A stretch of DNA of 63,996 nucleotides, counting the filler, from Folioceros fuciformis (lineage: Eukaryota): the NCBI GenBank assembly GCA_049999805.1. It is 13 parts of 13 records of this genome, joined end to end, with 100 filler letters (N's around TTAATTAATTAA, not from the genome) between each part and the next. Parts side by side here need not be neighbours in the genome. Positions count along the whole stretch, not along the records: positions 1 to 28,382 come from JBNGIO010007223.1; 12 more parts are not named here. The stretch is one strand, 5' to 3'. Positions 12,899-22,100 of the stretch are shown here, piece by piece. The notes beneath the pieces are model-generated. The model was not told the DNA's origin and ran no database searches. It saw only the letters and a program-made list of their open reading frames with translations. Both the position numbers and the translations under genes were made by a program. Positions within the stretch are counted from its first letter, which is position 1; the number at the start of each line of letters is the position of its first letter.

Positions 12899-13869
12899 TG
12901 GGTGAGTCTTGTTGGGGTTCTCCTAATTGTTTCTTCCTGCATTCGTGCTCGTAGTGCCCAGGAATGCGGCACCAATTGCATGGGCCCTCCCCATTCTTCT
13001 TATGAGGCAGGCTGGAGTTGTTGAATCCTCCAGGTGATGACTGCTGGTCTGAGGATCTTTTGGCGGAGAAGCTCCCCCTACCTCTGCCTCATCTTCCTCC
13101 TTGGCCTCTAGAAGTAAAGAGGACGTGATTTGCACCTTGACTTGTGCGTGGATTGCTGGAGCAGCTGGATTCTTGCTCCACGAGTGCGCCAATGACTTTT
13201 GAGAAAGTGCCAGTTGGCGTGGCTCCAGCTGCAATTGCCTGAATTGCCTGTCTAAGAACCGAGTTCTTTGAACTGATGAATGTCTTGTATGACAAGGGGA
13301 GAGATGTTAGTAACGTTACGGTAGCCTGGAGCTCTGTGACAGTTGTGCCACAAGCTGCAAGCCTGGCCCGTGAGGACCTGAAGTTGTGTATGTGCTGTTC
13401 TACACTCTCATTCTCCTTCATTTTCAGCGTGTAGAAATGTCTTGTTGCATGTATAAGGGACATGGAACCTTGGGATTGGAACATGTCTTTGAAGCCTTCC
13501 AGATCCCGTGGGCTGTGGTCTACCCCTGTGTATGCTGAAGCATGGTTTTATCTAAAGCTGAGATGAGCAAATTTCTAGCCTTCTTATCTTTCTTATGCCA
13601 GGCAGCTATCAAGTCAGGAGTCGCCACAGGGGTTGTTGTAGTAGAGGGTGTAGGGAGTGTCCTATCGGTTATGTTATGTCCATGAGATCTTGGTCCTCAA
13701 GAAGTGCAGTTATGCGCATTTCCCACATGTCGAAGTCGGTTCCTGTGAAGCGATCACGGACGCAGAACTCGATCTTCGTTGTGTTGATAACTGTACCCAT
13801 TGCCGTTAGTTTCCTGAATTTTCTGAAGTGCGATTGAAGTGGATTGAAAGCGAGCATGTACTAACGACT

Positions 13870-14232
13870 CTAATGCCTAATGCTAAGATAAATCTTCTCT
13901 AATATGAAGTGGAGTGATTGGATTTGTGAGTCCAACTTTGTGATTTGGTTGTTGAGGTCTTCATGGGTGATGATGGCTCTCATTGGAAATAGGTTGGCTG
14001 AACGGTATCTGTGGAGGCGGTCGGAATCTACAGACATGCGGTTAGCAGAACGCTGTGAAGCCAGAGAGTGGGATCCCGTGTGGCTGGTTGGCTGAGTGGG
14101 GACCGATGCTCGACGAGACTTGAGGCCGAAGTTGCGGCTCATCTCTTTGATGCAGTCACCGCAAGTAAATTGCCGCACAGGAGGCGCTCTCCCCAAGGGA
14201 GAGTAAGAGGCCGGGGTGCGCCTTCTAGGCAT
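13870..14232 (-). CDS. Extra sense ORF between PBS and gag of copia A (basic N-terminus, heptad-like C-terminus)
   Basis: 120-aa ATG-initiated ORF, MPRRR...LNNQITKLDSQIQSLHFIL. Confidence 0.45.
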   Translation of the reverse strand: MPRRRTPASYSPLGRAPPVRQFTCGDCIKEMSRNFGLKSRRASVPTQPTSHTGSHSLASQRSANRMSVDSDRLHRYRSANLFPMRAIITHEDLNNQITKLDSQIQSLHFILEKIYLSIRH

Positions 14233-14362
14233 CTTGCTGATTTCATGATTGGCGTGCCGGATTGCCGCTCATCCGCTACTGCACCATCGATGAACTTGCA
14301 ATACCAGGTGTGTGGCGCGTGAGCAATGCCGAACGACAGTTGGCCCTTTGGCTCTAATACCA

Positions 14363-14594
14363 TAAAGCGGAGCAAGATGCTAGATTGAGCTATAATGATT
14401 AAAATGCTTAAGCAAGAACGTTGTACATATAATGTCTGGGATGCACTTGTAACCGCACTACTGTCGAGTGCTAGCGTAACTAGCAGAACTGCTCTTTAGC
14501 AACTAAAACATTTATCTACCTGTGCACGAAACGTGCCCTAATAACTCTTGGGTGCTAAAGCCCAAGCCGTGGCGCCACAATTTCTACTCCAGCA
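14363..14594 (-). repeat. 5' LTR of copia A
   Basis: Directly followed on the minus strand by a Met-tRNA PBS. Confidence 0.92.
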
Positions 14595-14599
14595 GGCTA

Positions 14600-15540
14600 G
14601 GCCTTTATAGACTCATACGCCTTCCATGTTATTGGTCCTTGACTTGCCTCATTCCCTTGTGGGCTTCACTTTGGCTTGCCCGTTCAAGAAATGCTCCTTT
14701 ATCTTTATCTAAAAGGTGCTTCTTAATCCTTATCTAGAAAGCTCACTTTTAGGGCACCTTTCATATAGACTAGTTTAGGGCACTCTTCATTAACTAATTT
14801 TGATATGTTGTAATAAACCACTTCTAATACTCCCACTCAACAAATCAAAATTAGTCCTTCAACCTAAGCATCTTGTTTTTGATGAGTGAGTTATGCTCGC
14901 TATCCAACGCTCTTTTCCACTCTTTTTCACTGTTCAATGTTTATGGCTCATCGGCCTCTGCTAACAAAGCCACTTCATACTTATACGCGTTTATGGACTC
15001 CAAGATCTTGTGCAAAGGTTTCCATCATCTGGTTGATCTTCTAAGTTGGATTGGTTGTTTCTCTTGGATTCTTCGATCTTGCTCCTCTTCATCATCTTCG
15101 ACGCTTCGAGTTTCTTCATCATCTTCGACGCTTCGAGTTTCTTCATCATCTTCGACGCTTCGAGTTTCTTCATCATCTTCGACGCTTCGAGTTTCTTCAT
15201 CATCTTCGACGCTTCGAGTTTCTTCATCATCTTCGACGCTTCGAGTTTCTTCATCATCTTCGACGCTTCGAGTTTCTTNNNNNNNNNNNNNNNNNNNNNN
15301 NNNNNNNNNNNNNNNNNNNNNNNNNNNNNNNNNNNNNNNNNNNNNNNNNNNNNNNNNNNNNNNNNNNNNNNNNNNNNNGAGTTTTTTCATCATCTTTGAC
15401 GCTTCGAGTTTCTTTACTCCTCTATTGTCTTGATGCCGAGGTTGCTCATGCTCCACAGTAGGTTGAGTTTGCTCCAGAGTATGTTGCTCAAGAACCAAGG
15501 CTAGAGGGACTTCATCTACACTAGATGAATTGCATCTAAC
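14600..15540 (-). mobile_element. Internally deleted copia remnant (IN-RT linker joined to PPT/LTR)
   Basis: RRSTR..EP*T..EWKRALDSEHNSLIKNK followed almost at once by PPT TTGAGTGGGAG and an LTR-like start at about 14829. Confidence 0.7.
15087..15412. repeat. 27-bp tandem repeat (encodes ETRSVEDDE on the minus strand), interrupted by a 100-N gap
   Basis: CTTCATCATCTTCGACGCTTCGAGTTT, 7 identical copies before the gap and 1 after. Confidence 0.97.
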
Positions 15541-15593
15541 GGTCATTTTCCATGAAGCCCGTTTGGTGTACATTTGAATTTACACCATCCTAA

Positions 15594-15766
15594 TCACATA
15601 TCCACATTTAAGCCTTTTTTTCAAAAACCACTTATATCGATGTGTGGTGGACATAATCGATATCCACACATTTGCTTCTAGTCACATATCCACATTTAAG
15701 CCTTTTTTTCAAAAACCACTTATATTGATGTGTGGTGAACATAATCGATATCCACACATTTGCTTC
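15594..15766. repeat. Two-copy direct repeat, 88-bp period
   Basis: 15594-15678 and 15682-15766 are nearly identical. Confidence 0.92.
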
Positions 15767-15984
15767 AAGCCCATAACCAAGTGGTACATAAACCCTTCAA
15801 ACTCCAAAACTTTGAGAAAAAAAGAAATCTTACTTTCAGTGCGCCGGTCTACTGGCGCCCTAAAGTGTGTGTTTGAAGGATAGGAAACTGGCTATCTGCA
15901 TCCCATGGATTTAAAAACAAAATAGTCAAATTTGTTCATAATCATAATATACCATCCACTTCCACTACTCTCAAAATCACCTTT

Positions 15985-17175
15985 AAACAAAAACATGAAC
16001 GTCTTGATTAGCGTCGGAATCGACTACAACATCTACGTCTTTAAGTCACTGGCCCTCTGTGTCTCCAAATTTATCCCCCTCCACATCAAGAATAGAGAAA
16101 TGCGGGTTGTCCACAATCTCAGGCGGAATTGTTCCATTCTGATCCCATATAGTCATAGCACAAAGGTCTTCCGCTGGTCTATCGTCCGATTGTGAAAAAA
16201 TCTCTCCTTTTTTTCCCAACAAACTGAATACCTGCATCTAACAATCCACGCTACCATCCGCGCAGACTTCTTTGGCCCAAAACTTCATAGGCGTGTGCGA
16301 GAAATGCTCTGTGAAGATCTCCTTATCAGAGTCTGGCAAAGAGCCTATGCCATTCACCCGCTGCATGATGTAAGAGGTACATCTTACATCAATATCCACT
16401 ACGACAACATGCCTTCCTCTTTGAATCGCAGACTGTAGAAATGGTGTAGATCTTGCGCAAGCATCCACTACCCAGTCCCCTTCAGCGGAGAACATATTCA
16501 CCAACATACCCATTAAACCAAGGGGCTTTTGATACGGCGAGACGACTAGAGAATCTGCCAAGTGGAACAAATGTTTCTTCACCACAGCACCATGCCTTAT
16601 AACTCTCGGAAGAAGGAATCCTTGATTCGTGAATAATGAAGCTTTTGTATCCTGAGCTTCAAAGTGAACTGCACTTCCAATAGTTAAATACTCGCTAGTT
16701 AAATAGTCTCTACTACGCCTGCATTGGGAGGTATGTTAGTCTTCTCCCACACTAAGGTCTGAATGGTTTCCTTCTTGCACCATGGCCGAAGTGCTTCCCT
16801 AGCCTGTGTAATCAGATCCACGCCATGCATGATAACCACCCTATACACATTATTGTTGGTGCATTCTGAAAACCCTCGAATCATGTCCTCAAGCTCTTTG
16901 CTTGTCAGCTGCCTGTCGTATTCATGTCGTTGCAATCCGCGAGGCAAATCTGCGAATAAGAGAGTATACGGCCGTTTTACCATAAATGCTTTCATCTCCA
17001 GAACGTTTCGATGGATAACTTGATACTTAGTTTTATTGTTACTGCTTGGGACTCCGAACTCCAATAATCTTGCATTCGTATCTGCATCTGCGAGTCTCTG
17101 CTTTTCCTCTTCCATGCGCTTCCAGTTTCTAGCAAAATACATAATCTTGAAAAGGCTTTGGCAATGCTTCAAGGT
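15985..17175 (-). pseudogene. Beta-class N4-cytosine/N6-adenine DNA methyltransferase (N6_N4_Mtase-like), disrupted
   Basis: In beta-class order: YQVIHRNVLE (motif III-like), LLFADLPRG (DPPY-type motif IV), LVWEK..EYLTIG, PYQKPLGLMGMLVNMFSAEGDWVVDACARST (HPTQKP plus motif X/I) and GRHVVVVDID. One frameshift near 16715, an in-frame TAG at 16238 before an acidic tail, and a CAG acceptor just upstream of 17175. Confidence 0.85.
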
Positions 17176-17352
17176 CTGTGATGTCTATTGGTTTCAGCCA
17201 AAAAGCATTTCTTTCAGAAAACCACACAAAAAGCAGAATCACAAATCAAGAACTACGTCACTCCAGCCTACATAAGGGAAAAATCACTTCTAATGACTAG
17301 AGTGCGCCGGTAGACTGGCGCACACCCTCCTCAATCTACACGNNNNNNNNNN

Positions 17353-18748
17353 GTCTTCTTGATGTGCATGTGGTAGGGTGTATGATATACAACAAGATTA
17401 TGACACCCAAGCTCTTCATCGAGTTTGGGAACATTTGAAACGATGGGAACCTAACAATATCAATTATTCAATGCGTGATACACGAGTATGACGGCCTCCT
17501 ACCTGGAGTTCTATACTTGTAGCTAGACAACACTGCACGGAAGAACAAAAACGCGTTGCTTTAGTGGGGTTCTTATTACTGGGCTATATGCACGACCAGG
17601 TAGATAAGATGTTTTCCAGGTTTTCAACGGCACTCGATCAGAAGGAAGCTTTGACTTTACCAAAACTTATTACAGTCACGCAGAATGCGTATACCCCCAT
17701 GCCAGACATTCATGAGGTGAAAGAGGTGTTGGACTTTAGAAAATTTGTGGCCTATATATAGTATGAGAAAGCAGGGTATCAGAATGTTGCAGCGGTTCAT
17801 TAGCTCCATAATATATCTTTTCAACACTAGTTCAAGATCACGAAGGAGAGCCGCGGAGATCGTGGATCTATTACATTGATGAGAGGAAAACAGTATTCCA
17901 CCCATCAATACTCGTTGCCTGATGACAGTATAGAATTTCTAAAACTAGTTCCGGATGGGGTTATGAAAGCCGCTCCACTGATGCATCTGTAGGTGAGGAG
18001 TAGGAAACATAAGACTATTATTGTCAATGCGCCAGGATATAACGTGTCGCATATTTGATCAAGGTTGGAGTGCAAATTACGGCATCACTTAGGTGTGGGC
18101 GAGGACATCTAGTGGGATTCATTTTGGGCAGAGCAAGAGGCCATCGATCAAATAATAAATCTGGGTGTGAAACAAGACCTCTTGTGGCCACGGCAATGGT
18201 ATAATCGCGATGTGGCAGAGTTGTTGAATACACCGTTACACGTGCCAAATACATTGGTGGTGGAAAACCCACGGATACAAGAAGTTCCTAAAAGAGACAT
18301 GTATGTGGGTGCGTATAGAAGAGAGGCTCATGTTCGCAACGACCGTGACAACTTTAATGGAGATGTATCAGAGATAGAAGCAGGGCACATGATTGTTGTC
18401 CCATGCGAGACAGACGAAGACAATAGGCCTTTTTGGATCACCAAAGTGTTGGACACACATAAGGACAATCACATTCAAAGTATCATAGTTCATTGTTGGA
18501 TCACCAAATGTTCAGATGCATTTGAAGGTCGATATCAAGAGGAGATGATATTGCCAAATGAAGAACCTCCCATGGGTTCTAGACAAGGACGAAAGTGACA
18601 GCCAAGCAGAAGACTTCAGAAGCATATTGACACACTTTCTATCGCGAATACGTTTATTTTAGCTTATGGATTTGTGTTGACTCGTCAAAAACAGCTGCAC
18701 GCTCGCACTCGAAACCTTATTAGAAAGAACTTGTATGTGCTTAAGTGA
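17353..18748 (+). pseudogene. Sola-like/DUF7869-like DDD transposase, C-terminal half, decayed
   Basis: LPGVLYL*LDNTARKNKN ... FLLLGYMHDQVDKMFSRFS matches the LQLDNxxxENKN..GHTHxxIDxxFS signature. Followed by a beta-rich domain (GHMIVV..RPFWITKVL..IIVHCW). Several stops and frameshifts; the 5' part is lost in the gap. Confidence 0.75.
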
Positions 18749-18946
18749 GATCAGGAAAATCCTCCAGATGTAATCGATGACCAACTTGCAAACACTTAGA
18801 CTATACTGGTTAAGTACTTTCATGTATACCACACTTCATATATATGAACACTGTTTGCAGAGAGCTGTGATTGGCTATTCGTAAGTGCATCACTCGAGTT
18901 GCCAGTTCTAGTAGTTCTCTGGTTAGCCGACGCAGATCTTGCAGGG

Positions 18947-19137
18947 GTGCGTAGATAGAGTGGCGCACTCGGCGCCTATGTGTGCGCCGGCCTACTAGCG
19001 CACCATTATGAAGGATTGTGTTGCACTTTCCCCAAGACCCTATCTAGATGTTCACCAGCTGATCAACGCCCTTCCTCAAGGAATGCGCCAATAGTCCCGC
19101 GCACTCCTTGAGGAAGTGCGCTGGCATACTAGCGCAC
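18947..19137. repeat. Cluster of four 22-bp imperfect palindromes GTGCGC-N10-GCGCAC (further copies at 15839-15860 and 17302-17323)
   Basis: Copies at 18947-18968, 18982-19003, 19083-19104 and 19116-19137. Confidence 0.85.
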
Positions 19138-19199
19138 ATATGCATAAATGGTCGAAATTGATAAAACCCCTCACATTTTCCAATTTTTAGTAATGCCGA

Positions 19200-22100
19200 T
19201 ATTGGAAATTTATCATCCCATCTAGCTCCAGCCGATTAATGATATATATAGTGCTGATATATGATTAAAGGGTTTATGCTTGATTTCAGATACGTTGAGT
19301 TATGGTTAAATAATTTATGGTGTCGTTTCGTTAGAGTTACAACTCCAACTGAAGAGCTACAACGTTTCACATTTTTAGTTTAATTTGTGCTATATTTTAA
19401 AAACACTTACTTCCTCTTTTCTAAGAACCAACTATGTAAATATTTTAATGAAATTAATTGTTTTAATTGCATTTACTTATATTTCATCATGGTATCAGAG
19501 CCATGCTTGTTGTTGGTTGTATTCAGATGAATGCATAATAAAATTGTGCATTAAAAAATATGCACAGTTTTATGTTTGTTTTCTTTTCTTGTTTTTGAAA
19601 TTAATTTTAATTTCAAGAAATATAATCTTTAAAAGAATGTTTTTCATTCTTGTTTTAGATTGATGAATTCATACAGAGTTTCCGCATAATCAGGTAGATA
19701 ATCTAGTGCACTTCCATGTGAATTAATATCAAGATCATTTCAATGGAGGCTCACTAGAGTAGCTGCCTGGCTGGCAGAATTGTATATTAAAAATTAAATA
19801 AGATAACAGACAATGCAGAGTTTCTGTATTTCATCATTTAGAAAATTCGCTGGTAATTATGGCCAATAATTATGGCCACCAGCGTAGGCGTCTGTGTCCT
19901 ACTAAAAGGATCCCTAGGGATGTATGATAGGGTGAATGTCGTTGATGAATTATCAGTTGTTCCCAACTTCATCAACGTGTCCTGCAGTGGATTCAAACAA
20001 ATAAGCTACAATTACTTTCGATAGCTGATTTAAAAATAGATTTTAATACTTTAATTGCTGCTATTTATCCACAGGAGACTGATTTGTTGTTTGATCTACC
20101 TTCACAAAGCTTACCAAATTTAGCAAGAGTATGTGCATAGATAAGCCCTGTAGGGAATTATCTCTGTGATTCTTCTTTTACCAAATCTGCCACACATATA
20201 GGTGTTAATACAATAATTCAACACCTTAAGACAAACAACAAAATTGTGGACAGACACTGTAATCAAATACAAGGACATTTATCTACAACAAGTGTGGACT
20301 TATAGGATCTGAAGGAACAAATTGCTCACGTGGACTGCAAGCTGGTTACGCTCTTGAGATCCAAGCAACCTATTATTTCGTCCTTTAGATCTGCATCCTG
20401 TAAGCATACCAATAAGATAAAACGTGATCGACAATTTTGCTCACCTGATTTATTTACATCTTGTTCCACAAGTACTTACAATGAAGGTGACAAGCGGAGC
20501 TATAAGAATGCTTCTAAAAGAGCAGTGCGAGGTCGAATCTTACAACATCAAAGACAACATGCACTGTGATTAGGAGTGTATGGACGGGGAAGATAGTGAT
20601 CTGGAAGGGGCAGAGCCTAATTCTGTACCACCTACACCCAACATGGGTGATACAATCTCATCATCAACTCTTAGTACAAAAACTTTCAAAGAAAAGGATA
20701 GATTTAATGGTACTGACTTTGATATTTGGCTTATCCGGATGGAGGGTGTCCTTGAGATGAGAGGACTCCTGAAATATGCAACCGGAGTGGTAAAGTTCCC
20801 TGGCGACAGAACTGCAGCAGGAGCATATTGGTTAGCTAAAGACAGCGTAGCCAAATACCTCATATGTAGTGGCCTAACATCTGACATGTTGAGGCAGACT
20901 TCAGGGGTAAAGACTTCAGCTGAGATCTGGACACGCCTCAAGGAACACTACGCAGGGCAAAATATGGTTAGTGCTATGACTGCTTTACGAAATTTTCAAA
21001 ATTTGAGAATGAGAGAAGGTGATTCAGTGGAGAAGCACGTGAATACCTTCAGGATCCTATCCTCAAGACTGGAAGGTGCTTCAAAAGTCAGTATGACTGA
21101 TAATGAACTGGTGATGAGGTTCATGCTTTCCCTTCCTGAATCCTGGTCTCATTTCGTGACCTCACACACTGCTGCTCAAACTCAAGCAGCACTTCTAGCT
21201 CACCAACAAGGAGTAGAATTGCCAACCATGTCTTTCTCACAGCTTGTTAGTTCCATGCTTCAAGAGGAAGCTAGCAGGATGACTCACAAGCGAGCACGAA
21301 AACAGCAGGCCTTGTATACCTCTAACCAAGGGAAAGGAGGTAGAAGATTTCCTCCAAAAGGAAGTGGTGGAAACTCTTCAAAAGCAGGCAGTTCGCAAGG
21401 ATTAGCCTCAACTGGAAGGAAGACAAAAAGGACAGGTGCCTGCAACTGGTGTAAGTTACCTGGTCACTGGGAACGTGAGTGTCGCAAAAAGCAGGCTGGG
21501 GTCCCTCGCAAGGAAGGATCCAGTGCTGCGACACATGTGGTGGTGAAGAAACAGAATACACCATCAGCCCTGACAGTCGGGACTAGAATGTTTTCAAGTC
21601 CACTGTTGCTTCCCATTTGTCTTTCTACAAAAGCTGATGTTAAACACACATTAGAGTGGTACTTCGACACAGGTGCCACTGCGCATATTTGTTTTAACAT
21701 AAATGCTTTTAGCACATACAGGTCTGTTCCATATCAGTGTGTCTACCTTGGAGATGACAGATCTCTTGTTGCACCTAGTCGAGGCACAATTGAGTTGAAA
21801 GTGCCTTCTGGCATCAAATTGCTTCTCAAGAATGTCTACTATGTGCCTGACATGACAAAATCTTGATCTCAGTCAAGCGTTTAAATGCTGATAACAACAG
21901 TCACGTTGTCTTCACTAGAACAGATTGTCAGATTGTAGATGCCTTTAACCCTAGGAAGGTACTTGCCTATGGATCTTCAGATCATGACCTGTTCCGTCTT
22001 CATCTTCATAGTGGACTAGCAGAGTCAGACCAGCCATCACCAATTGTCTCCTTGGCCTCTGCACAACAAGTTGAAAAATCAGAATTGTGGCATGCCCAGC

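Larger units (their letters stand above)
6124..14594 (-). mobile_element. Full-length Ty1/copia LTR retrotransposon (copia A), decayed, with nested solo LTR and LINE
   Basis: LTRs at 14363-14594 and 6124-6353. PBS TGGTATTAGAGCC (14350-14362), PPT just inside 6354, TSD TGCTA/GGCTA. Gag (13089-13857), CNWCRIPGH knuckle, WFLDSGAT protease, integrase, RT (KWTFKRK..YKSRLVARGF, FVDD) and RNase H (SSTEAEY, RTKHVEIQHHF) in copia order. Confidence 0.95.
15594..19199. mobile_element. Putative DNA transposon carrying a transposase and a DNA amino-methyltransferase (ends not defined)
   Basis: Divergent MTase and transposase genes, with shared 22-bp palindromes on both sides of the 10-N gap. No TIR or TSD recognised; both flanks are copia sequence. 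Confidence 0.6.

Noticed and set aside
14873-15573. Repeat-rich ORFs in several frames as real genes
   Set aside because: They arise from a 27-bp tandem repeat in a copia IN-RT linker spanning an N gap.
15985-17175. Bacterial contamination or a restriction-modification system
   Set aside because: The gene is contiguous with plant retroelement sequence, decayed like its neighbours, has a probable splice acceptor, and no endonuclease gene is visible.
15839-19137. 22-bp palindromes as a CRISPR array
   Set aside because: The copies are dispersed, degenerate and irregularly spaced.
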